The notes beneath the pieces were generated by a model. That model saw only the letters and a list, made by a program, of their open reading frames with translations, did no database searches and had not been told where the DNA came from. The translations under genes were made by a program, and so were the position numbers. A stretch of 64,000 bases of DNA, from positions 5,890,001 through 5,954,000 of the forward strand of contig NC_087436.1 of the NCBI RefSeq assembly GCF_036321535.1, in the 5' to 3' direction. Shown here one piece after another: positions 53,390-64,000 of this stretch. This DNA comes from Camelus dromedarius. Taxonomy: Eukaryota. The stretch's first letter is position 1, and every line of letters starts with the position of its first letter.

Positions 53390-53550
53390 CATCATCATCA
53401 TCATCATCATTATTATTATTATTATTATTATTGCAGGGGGAGGCAATTAGTTTTATTTATTTATTTTATTTTTAGAGGAGGGACTGGGGCTTGAACCCAG
53501 GACCTTGTGCAAGCTAAGCATGCGCTCTACTACTTGAGCTATACCCTCCC
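53314..53550 (-). mobile_element. tRNA-Ala-derived SINE (camelid vic-1-like) with microsatellite tail
   Basis: Minus strand 'gggagggtatagctcaagtagtagagcgcatgcttagcttgcacaaggtcctgggttcaagccccagtccctcc' has A and B boxes and an AT-rich tail. TSD acttttc at 53307-53313 and 53553-53559. Confidence 0.9.
53351..53431. repeat. Compound microsatellite (TAT)13(CAT)7(TAT)7
   Basis: Read directly. Confidence 0.95.
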
Positions 53551-54284
53551 GGACTTTTCAATTTTATCTGGTTTTTAATTAAATCAGGCAACAACCTTTA
53601 GTACCTTACTGTACTAGTAGGAAGTACCCGTGAGCTTTATTCAGTCCAAGCCAATTCATTTCCCATTCGAATGTCACAAAGTTGATATTCAAATGTGATA
53701 CACAGAAATGGATTTCCTAATTTTATTTATATGTTGCTCTGAAGAGTGAAGGCCAAGAAAAAAAAAAAATCCAATGCTATTTTTTCCCACACCAGTCAAT
53801 AATATTTATTGCTTTTAATCAGAAAGGGAGGAAACTCCACATTTCTGCCACGCATCTTTAAATCCCTGACTCAGTCACTGCGACCGCATGCACTTTGCCC
53901 TAAGCACTTCTGTAGGATCTGTGAATACGATGACGCGGAACCCCAGGCCAGAGAGGCACGGGCCAAGGGACCCTCAGAGTCTGGGTAACTGCTGCCATGG
54001 GGGCATCGCACAGGGTCACAGAGGAAGATGAGCCTAATTCTGTCTCTGAATGTCAAGAAAGTCTCAGACAAGGCAGGGTCAGAGCTGCTGCTTGAAGGAC
54101 AAGTAAACAGACGAGTAGGTAGAGGGCTTCCAATCAAAGAACGCACCACACCTGGGGGACTGCCAATAGCTCTGCTTTTCTAACAGGAACAGTATGAGGG
54201 AAGGAACCGCCTCTCCTGGACCCTCTTGGCACGGGGTTCCTTTTATATGCTGTGGCCTCAATCTCTTTCAAAGACAGTGTATTT

Positions 54285-54384
54285 GGTGGAGGGTACAGCT
54301 CAGTGGTAGAGCAGGTGCTTAGCATGCATGAGGTCTCCTGGATTCAATCCTGAGTACCTTCATTAAAAAAATACGAAACAAATG
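54285..54384 (+). mobile_element. tRNA-Ala-derived SINE (camelid vic-1-like)
   Basis: 'ggtggagggtacagctcagtggtagagcaggtgcttagcatgcatgaggtc...ggattcaatcc' plus A-rich tail. TSD aagacagtgtatt / aagattgtgtatt. Confidence 0.9.
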
Positions 54385-55184
54385 AAGATTGTGTATTAAC
54401 TTGTTCTCATAATTTCCTGATCTCTCCTTCGCAAAGAGTGAGAACTGTCTTACTGGCTGGATTCTTCAGTGCGGTAATGACTGATAACAAGGCCACAGCT
54501 AACGGATATACACACAGAGTTGTAGGGGAGACCTTTGTGACAGGGCAGACACGTCTTTCTTTTCTTGATGTTACATATAAGGGGAAATGCAATAAGAAAA
54601 TTGGAAGAGAGAGTGAGAGTAGACATGTAGGAGAGACAGTAAGCTTTTAGAGAAAAAATCATAATCATAATATTAAATACCACAAAAGTATAAATGCTGG
54701 TATTCAGTAAGTGTTGTAAAAACTGAAAAACACACATAAACATCTTTACTGTACTCTGAGTAGTATCTTGAGCAAAAAAGATAGACATATCAATAGAATT
54801 GTTAAGTATAAAACATTTCATGGTCTTAAAAGCAAAAGATACAGACAATTACTTAAATCAAAGTGATGCCACAACATGCACAACACATTCCTATCCCTCC
54901 CATTCTGGAAATCTTTCATTTCATTTCTTTATCCCAGTTGCCTAAGAGGCTCTCTTTTCTCCAATATGTAGAATGCACCGGTGAAATTGCCCAAAACTAG
55001 AGGAAATGTTTAAGGGACTGAACTGACTGAACCATGTGGCAAGGTTTTCTGGACTTCTCAAATGGCAAATCGTTGAAATGGAGGAGGCGGACCTGAGACC
55101 TGTTAAGGAAAAAGAAAAGAGAAGGCATTAAAAGGGTTGTTTTTATGAAAAAAAGCAACGTAGCTGTGGAAGAGAGAGGATGGA

Positions 55185-55430
55185 AATAATCGCTAAGCTT
55201 GAGTTACTTCTGTGAGCCACATAGTGTTCTCAGCCTTGTGTGCACTCAAAGTTTAACCCTTTAAGTGATTCTTACAAAGGAGATTCTATTATTGCCCCCA
55301 TTTGGGGAATAAGGCGTTCAGTCATAGTGGGGCTAATGCCTCACTCTAGGTGATGTAGCTAGTAAATGACAGAGAACAGCCGAAAGCCAGGGGTTCAGGT
55401 TCCAAAATCTACAGTCTTAATATTTACACT
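55185..55430 (-). mobile_element. MIR SINE
   Basis: 'ctgtgagccacatagtgttct...tattattgcccccattt...tagctagtaaatgacagag...ttccaaaatct'. Confidence 0.6.
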
Positions 55431-56724
55431 CAGCATCTTGCAAACACTAAATGGTGATAGTTTTATATATTGGCTACACTTTATAAAATCAGATATTTAT
55501 GAATTCCTTAAAGATTGAATTTAAGTGTGTAAAGGTAACATTCCCTGACCAAAATATTTAGATCATCTAGTTTGTCACAAGTTGTATTCAAGGTCATGGC
55601 CTGAAAGTCTCAGTCCCACCGTTAGCTGGTTATTATAATGACTCCTTAAGGGACAAATCAAGCATCATTTTCACTCCTTATGGTTGATTTATGAGGTGTC
55701 TATGTACAGATGTGTTTATTCCATGCTGAATGTGTAAATTTCTAACTGGATGCCAACATTTTTAAAAATAAATGAATAAGGCAGAGAAAAATTTGAAAAA
55801 TGTCCACATATAAAATGAAACTAGTATTAAATTAATGAATAATATTTAAGCCATAATATCCTGTCTTCTTGTTATAATAGTGTCTACAAATTTTGTTCCA
55901 GGACTCCTACCTGTCTCTACCAAAATAAATAAATGAAAGTCAATTAGTAAACTTGTCAGAAGAATCATGAATCATTGCTAGCATAGATACAATAAATTTC
56001 TCCTGCGGATTCTTGTAAAGTAGTGACTGTGGTCCAAGTCCTCAAGGAATAAGAACATCTACCATTTCCCTCAGCAAATAAATCAACAACAGAATTCATG
56101 CAGTTGTTGTTGTGTTATAATTGCCCTTTGTTGTGAACGGATAACAGTATTCCAAAGCGGAATTCAATAATAATTTCCAAACGGTACCAGAACTATAGAG
56201 TCCAGGAACATCCTTCAGTGATGTTACAGATTAACATATGAAGACAAAACATCAAGTATTTTATGAATCATACTAAAATAAATATTAGTACATATAACTA
56301 TAAACACACGACATAATGAAACAGCCTATGACTTACTGTGAAAGGTGGACTCTGACATTTTCTACTTTACTCTAATGTCATTCACTATTTAAAAGTTGGC
56401 CAGGAACTATTACATTAATTTCCTGACCCACAAATGGCCTTGTGACCTATGGATTGAAGGATGTTGACCTGGAGCCAATTTGAATGTCACATTGCCCGTT
56501 ATGTTTCTTATAGTGAAACTTGATAGGTATCGAAGAGAAGTGGATTTGAGTTCTTCTTCCCTAAAATACTAGATGGAACATAAATATTATATATTTTTTT
56601 CATCATACTTAACAGTCTTTATCAATCCAGGTTTTATTTTTTTACATACATAGTGTTTGTGGGGTTTGTGTGTGTGTGCATGTATATATGTATACATATA
56701 TATATGTATATACATATAATTTAT

Positions 56725-56802
56725 ATATTTTTTATTGAAGTATAGTCGGTTTACAATGTGTCAATTTCTGGTGTACAGCATAATGCTTCAGTCATACATG
56801 AG
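56725..56802 (-). mobile_element. Short L1 3' end
   Basis: 'tttttttattgaagtatagtcggtttacaatgtgtcaatttctggtgtacagc'. Confidence 0.85.
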
Positions 56803-59800
56803 TGGATACTAAGATATATAAAATAAATATTATATTTTGATGATTAAAGAGAAGCACTTTCTTCCACAGTTTAGCAAAAGTTGAGATTCTGGGGGAAGGT
56901 CTTACTACTTGATACAGATGCAGAAGACTGAGAATAATGTCAGACAAGATATGCGGTCACTCAGATATCAGATGAAAGTAGTCCAAGGACGTGGCTATGA
57001 GCCTGACACTAGTCTAACTCAGGAAATCATTTTTAGTTCTCTTGAGTGCTGGGGGAGATAATGAAACCCTGTGGTTTTAGGTCATTGACTGTAGCCTCAA
57101 ATATTTTATCCTCAGAATTAAAAGTCTCTAAAGAATGCTGTTAATGTCCAACTTGAAGCCGTGTGATTTCTTTGGAAACTCTCAAAAATAAACTAAGTTG
57201 CAAAAGATAGCACATATTTGGATGTGGAAAAAAAATTCAGAGGAGGGCAGGTAAAAATGATACATTTGCATTTTACCAAGGAGACCCACCCAAGAAAGAC
57301 TCTCATGGTGTCCTGTTTGGAGCTGGTATGTGGTACGGGACCAAAAACATGCTTCTAGAATGAATGGATTAGTTAGTGAAGGACAGTTAGGTAGAAAATA
57401 CCCATTTCTATATCTAGCAGTATAAAAACGTGTCTTTAGATGAGGATAACTTTTATAGAAGTGAACTACATCTACCTGAATGTCTATCTTTTAAGAGAAA
57501 AATAGACTGTATATTTTTCTAGTGATCAAAAAATTCATAATTAGTAGGTGCTGAAATAGGCAAACGTGTTTTTAACTTAATAAAACATGAACAGCCTTAG
57601 ATAAAGCCTACAGAAAGTTTAAACTCTTTGAAAGGCTCAATGCTGAATCTTTTGACTATTTTGATTTTTTTGCTTTTATTTCTTTTTAATCAACTTTCGT
57701 CTTAAACCACTGAGCTTGTATGCAATTATATAATCTATCATTACCATCTCCATCACTTCATCTTTCCCTCCCCCAGTTCAATACTATGAATAAGTGATTT
57801 ATTACTGGCATCATACACTATGAAAATGCTAGAAGTGAATGTTAAGTAAATACAAAATGATTAATACAAAAAATGCGTTAAAATACAGTTTTGGCAGGGG
57901 TCTGAAACAGCATTTGATGGGGCTAGAAAGTTTCATTGTTTACAAAAAAGACTGTGAGTCTCTGATGTCTTTCTCTTAAAGATAGAAACTGTGGCATTTC
58001 ATCTTATAAGAAGAAAGAATTTATAATCTACAGGAAAGAATATTACAATAAATGCACTCTTTTTTTTCCTGGTGAAATTGTAAAATTAATGAAAGTTCTT
58101 TATCATTTTCTCATGCATAAATATCAAAGTTAATGCCTGGAAATAAAATTTGTACAAGCAGCATTTTAAATTATGTTGGCAATTCAGAAGTTCCTTCCAC
58201 GTTGTTAGAAGAAGAATCTAAATCGATGTTTACTTACTTACTACTCTGCTTACAACTTCTCACTTTTTCATGTCTTCCCAGTGTCTTGCATTTCATAAGA
58301 TATGAATCAAAAGGAAAGATATGTTTTTAAAATGTAGTCTTCTTTTGATTTTTGAAAATGCCCTGTTTCGATACCCTTTGAGGTTTAGAAATTAATCTCT
58401 ACCAGTTGTGAGCAGAGTCAACTGCTAATTATTTATTCTGATTAATCGATTCACTTTAATTATGATTTAGTTTTTAAGGCCTCTAGAAGTATGAATTTTC
58501 ACTTGAAGCAGGATTACATTATTTGTTTATCTCTATCTGAAGTAATAAATCAAGGAGACATGTTTTCTGTTTTCCTCCAAAGTAGAAAAATTGTAAATGC
58601 TAGTTATAAATGTAAATGCAGTGGGTTTGTATGTATATACACGTATTGACTACTAAATGATGTAAATAATATTATAACAGTTGTCCTGAACAAGGAGTGT
58701 CTGTACACAATGGACCCCCTTATGTATGAGAGAGTTATTTCCTCTCCTGTTTGTCATTTACTACATCTTTAAAAAAAAACCATGTCTGTTTTTCTCACAT
58801 TCATCTGACAGGTTTCCAGAAGACCAGCCTGTGAGTAAAGTAAAAATTGTAGCTGAAAATGAATTAGCACCATCTGCCTAAGAGCAGCCCCCACCCCCGC
58901 CAGGTGCCAACGAAGGGCGCGATGACCCTCATAAATGCCTCGTGCCAGCCGATGAGAGTGAAGGCTCGTTTCCATAAGGAACGCTCCTTCTCTGTGTGCA
59001 CTGCGGACCACAGGCTGCGCGTGGTACAGGCTGGCAGAAGTCAGCTGTGCGTCACACCGGCTGTGATGCTGATCACCCAGGCAATAAGACGACCACGCAG
59101 ACGCTCTGCCTGGCCCAGAGCCCAAGGGACCGCCGTCACAGCGGCTTCACCACCACAGAGCCTTCGAAGCTAGCCATCTTGGTGGCTACTTCCTCTGCCT
59201 TGTACCCACATAGACATCCATTTACCACCAAGGCTTTGCTTCCAGAAGACACAACTAGCATAAGGTGAAGAGGCAGACGGTCTCACTGTTTTCTACTTCT
59301 GTCATCAAATCTTCTGAGCAAAATGAATAAAAGCATGGATCAGATTTGCTTGTGCAGAATAGAAAAGGCAAACAATGAAAATGTGAGGGGAAATAATATA
59401 CCTTGGGAGGCTCTGCTGACCTGGAAAATACAAATGGCAGCCTAGAATGCCAATGGAAGTACTTTCCCGACACAAGCACAGACGCAGCGCATGAAGAGGA
59501 AGTGAGGATACTGGCATAGGAAGAAAGGACCACAATCTTCTTAACCATCCCTGGAGCGCAAGTTACTTTATTTCACACTGAGGGAAAAAAAAAATGTGTG
59601 TAATTTTTTTCCCTCCATGTTTCCCATTACAGGGGGAAACAAATGTGATAGTATTTATCAAAAGAAGAAAATTTAAGTCAAAGAAATGAATCTATAATTG
59701 GCATTTCTATATTCATTTAAGGACTAAAGCACAGAATTTCAATGTGCTTCTAGAATCAAATGTCAGACACAGCAGCAAAATGTCCAATTATGTCTCCGCT

Positions 59801-60811
59801 TCACTCATGTTCATTTTCACCCTGAAAGATCGCTTGATTAAGGGATGACGTGAGAAAAATGCAAACAAACAAACAAACAAAAAGGTAATAGCTTTCATCT
59901 CTGCTTTAGAGAAACTGACCACGTCTGCTCAGTCACTGTGAAAGTAAGGAGGGCAGGAAGGAAGGATAGCCAGGAGAGGGGGAACTGGAGGAAGCAGTGG
60001 GTGGAAATGGCAGTAACTGATGATGCCCTGCTACCTGATTCTTGAGGGCTTGCAACAGAGAAGAAACCATTAACCATCAATCAGATTGAGCGCGGTCCAT
60101 CCAAAGCTCAGACCAAAGGCTCAACCACTCCAGATAGAGCACTGTGCATACAGTGGCTACTTGCTTGCACCCACATTCACTTATTAATAGTGGAGATGGA
60201 ACTTAACCATAGGCTTTTGATTTTCCAACTCAGCTGAATGAAATTGTAACTTACTGCCAGCTCTAAGCCTTCAGAACTAGAAGCTTTTTGTCCTCTACAG
60301 TTTGTAGAGCAGAACACTGAGACCTGTTTAAATGCAGAAAAGGGACAGGCAGAGTTTGTTATAAATAACAATGAAATGATTCAAAACATGCATCCATTAA
60401 AAAACATTTAACATTGATGTCCAGTGGATAAATCCACCAGTATTCAAAAGGACACTGTGAAGATATATGAATAAACACTCAGTAAAATTATCCAGTCCCA
60501 AAGCTTCTCCAAAAAAAAAAAAACCAAAAAAACCCCCACAGAAATTCTGAGTGAAAACGAAAAGAAAAGATATTTTGGCTTAGACTTAAGAAACAAGTTT
60601 GGAGTTGTCAGAAATAAAATGGCACTGGGACATTATCAACACTGGATCACTACCCATCAGAAATGTGATAAGACAGATTCCTGTCTGAAAAGAATCCATT
60701 AATAATTTCTAAGCTTACTTCCAAGCTTTTTATTCTTGACTCTACATTTTTATGTTTCTTGAGTGTCTGAAAATGTACAGGGTGGGAACCACAGTGTCGC
60801 ATAACACAGCA

Positions 60812-61000
60812 TAGATTCTCAGCTCTGGCCACATATTAGACTCCCTTAGAGAGCTTTGTAAAAATGCTTAAGAATACTCAGTGCCTGAGTATAATACACT
60901 GATTAAAGCGAGTCTCTAGCGATGGGGTCTGGATGACTGTATGATTTTAAATGCTGCACAGGTGACTCCAGCGTGCGTCTAAGACCAAGGACCTTGCCGT
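60812..61000. mobile_element. MER5-like hAT-Charlie MITE
   Basis: 'gattctcagctctggccacatattagactc...gagcttt...ggggtctgg...ttttaaa...caggtgactcc'. Confidence 0.55.
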
Positions 61001-61945
61001 AGAGCAGGGCCGGGAAGTGATTGAGGTTAAGGACTCCCGACTGGTTGCGTGAGTCCCGGGAAAGCTGTCCAAGAGTTCCAGTAAGAGATCTGGCTTTGGC
61101 CAGAGCCATGTCACAGTAATGACATAGACAGATAGGAAATAGATAAAATAAGTGCAAATCGATGAAACTGTGTCCTAGGTCTCACTTTTCCGTAAACGCT
61201 AGGAAAGGGTCACAGGCAGCTAAGTTGCTTATTATGTTGAGCCTCACTTGGCAGTTCATTTCCACTTATGACTCTGTAAGCTGGCCTGTGGGACTGAGTT
61301 TCCCATTAACTAGTGGTGCAGCTGCTAAAGGCTGCATTCAAATATGTTCCATTTGTGTGTCGTTAACACAGAATCTGTTGATGTGAAACCCTCCACCCTC
61401 TGGTTGTGACACTGGGTATTTTCAACTGTGATCATGGCCAGAAACACAGGCAAACATTCCAGAGTTATAATAACATTAAATCAGAAGACAGAATCAAAAA
61501 AAAAAAATAGAACTAGAAGTAAAAATTATTGATTGTGAACACGTTTCTGCCTTTATGCATATTCTCTAGGCAGTTCAAAGATTACTCTTCTTGATATAAC
61601 AGATTCAAGTCAGATTCAAATTGATAAAAGTTGAAATCTAAAAATTAAAAGGAAATCTACAAAAAGAATCTTTATTGCAGGCGATTAGAGCACATGCATA
61701 CACAAACACATCATAAATAATACTCTGTGACCTCAGTAATAAAGATTGCACCTAGAATACTTGAAGTTCTGGCCTAAATTTGTATTATTTTAAACAGTGA
61801 GTTAAAGGCATATTAATAAAACTATATATATGATGACCTAAAAAATGATGCAGACACCAGCTGCTGGGAATTCATTAAATAAAATGCCAGCCTTTAAATG
61901 ATCATACAGTTTATCAGAAACTTGCTTGATCAACAACTTTAAAAA

Positions 61946-63862
61946 TTTTTTTTCTTTCTTTTTTTATTTTATTTATTTTTTATTGAAGTACAGTCAGTTT
62001 ACAATGTTGTGTCAGTTTCTGGTGTACAGCACAATGCTTCAGTCACACTTAATACACATGTATTTGTTTTCATTTTTTTTTCACCATAAGCTGCTACAAG
62101 ATATCAAATATAGTGCCCTGTGCTGTACAGTATACATTTGTTTATCTATCTTATATATACCAGTCAGTATCTGCAGATCTCAAACTCTCAATTTATCCCT
62201 TCCCACCCACATCCTCCCTGGTAACCATAAATTTATTTTCTATGTCTGTGAGTCTGTTTCTGATTTGTTAATAAGTTTTTTTGTCTTTTCCTATTTTAGA
62301 TTCCACATCTGAGTGATCTCATGTGGTATTTTCCTTTCTCTTTCTGGCTTACTTCACTTAGGATGACATTCCCCAGGGCCATCCATGTTGCTGCAAATGG
62401 CATTGTTTTGTTATTTTTTATGGCTGAGCAGTTTTCCATTGTATAAATACGCCACAACTTCTTTATCCAGTCATCTGTAGATGGAAATTTAGGTTGTCTC
62501 CATGTCTTGACTATTATAAATAGTGCTGCTATGAACATTGGGGTGCAGGTATCTTTTTGAATTAAGGTTCCCTCTGGATACATGCCCAGGGAAAGTACTT
62601 AGGAATAAATCTGATCAAGGAAGTGAAAGACTTATTTGCAGAGAACTACAAAATGCTGACTAAAGGAATGAAAGAGGACCTAAGGAATTGGAAAGATATC
62701 TCATGTTCTTTCATTGGAAGAATCAATATTGTTAAAATCACCATACTACCCAAGGCAATCTACAGATTTAATGCAATCCCAATCAAATTACCCAGGACAT
62801 TTTTCACAGAACTAGAACAAATCATACTAAAATTTATATGGAATCACAAAAGACCCAGAATTGCCTAAGCATTACTGAAGAAAAAGAATGAAGCTGGAGG
62901 AATAACCCTCCCAGACTTCAAACAACACTACAGAGCTGCAGTCATCAAAAGAGCATGGTACTGGTACAAAAACAGACATATGGATCAGTGGAACAGAATA
63001 GAGAGCCCAGAAATGAACTCACAAACTTTTGGTCATTGAATCTTTGACAAAGGAGGCAAGAACATACAATGGAATAAAGACAGTCTCTTCAGCAAATGCT
63101 GTTGGGAAAACTGGACAGCAGCATGTAGAACAATGAAGCTAGAACACTCCCTCACACCATACACAAAAATAAACTGAAAATGGCTTAAAGGCTTAAACAT
63201 GAGACAAGACACAATAAATCTCCTAGAAGAAAACATAGGTAAAATATTATCTCACATAAATATCAGCAATGTTCTCCTAGGGCAGTCTATCCAAGCAACA
63301 GAAATAAAAGCAAGAATAAACAAATGGGACCTAATTAAATTTACAAGCTTTTGCACAGCAAAGGAAACCATAAGCAAAACAAAATGACAATCTACGGAAT
63401 GGGAGAAAATACTTGCAAAAAATGAGACTGATGAAGGCTTAACTTCCAGAATATATAAACAGCTCATGCAACTTAATAAGAAAAAGACAAGTAACCCAAT
63501 CCAAAAATGATCAGAAGATCTAAACAAAAATTCTCCAATGAAGACATATGAATGTCCAACAGGCATGTGAAAAAAATGCTCAATATCGGTAATTATCAGA
63601 GAAATGCAAATCAAAACTACAATGAAGTATCACCTCACACCAGCCAGAAAGGCCACCATTCAAAAGTCCACAAATGACAAATGCTGGAGAGGCTGTGGAG
63701 AAAAGGGAACCCTCCTACACTGCTGGTGGGAATGCAGTTTGGCGCAGCCACTGTGGAAAACAGTATGGAGATTCCTCAAAAGACTAGGAATAGACTTACC
63801 ATATGACCCAGGAATCCCGCTCCTAGGCATATATCCAGAGGGAATCTTAATCCAAAAATACC
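61946..63862 (-). mobile_element. Young L1 with 5' inversion (minus 3' end 61946-62590; plus-strand ORF2 segment 62591-63862)
   Basis: ORF2 peptides occur on both strands: 62296-62583 minus; 62623-62868, 63199-63387 and 63604-63876 plus (e.g. '[35 protein letters not shown]'). The strand switches at 62590. Confidence 0.92.
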
Positions 63863-64000
63863 AACATCATTTTTAAACAGCCGAGTGATGTGACATAGAT
63901 AAAGTATAAAATAAATTTTTAGTGCCATTGAGAACTGTCATTTCCAAAACAAGTTAGGCTAAGTCCTGTGTTGGGTGTTGGTATCTAACATCCTGTTTCG

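Noticed and set aside
54285..54362. tRNA-Ala(AGC) gene (also 53478-53550 on minus)
   Set aside because: The acceptor and T stems are broken, and the A-rich tails and TSDs show these are SINEs.
1..64000. CRISPR array, prokaryotic operon/defence system, NUMT or rRNA
   Set aside because: No regularly spaced repeat-spacer units, no dense long ORFs, and no mitochondrial or rRNA-like sequence recognised. The content is typical mammalian repeat-rich DNA.

Overview
Mammalian, AT-rich, repeat-dense genomic DNA (intergenic or deep intronic), most likely camelid (alpaca/llama/camel). This is inferred from tRNA-Ala-derived vic-1-like SINEs, laurasiatherian-type L1 3' ends, and no visible Alu, B1/B2, Bov-tA/BovB, PRE-1 or Can-SINE. 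No intact protein-coding gene, RNA gene, CRISPR array or prokaryotic system can be supported. The only gene-derived sequence I recognise is a full-length, frameshifted ferritin light chain (FTL) processed pseudogene on the minus strand (about 17.7-18.5 kb). It keeps a decayed iron-responsive element, polyA signal and target-site duplication (TSD). The rest is LINE-1 fragments of several ages (two with twin-priming inversions), L2, MIR, MaLR/ERV solo LTRs (three same-family, same-orientation copies), hAT/Tigger MITEs and microsatellites. A few unique CpG-rich or motif-rich patches may be enhancers. Most ORFs in the supplied track are spurious or L1 ORF2 remnants. Repeat family names come from recalled consensus similarity and need RepeatMasker/Dfam confirmation. 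I did not find a convincing novel biological system.
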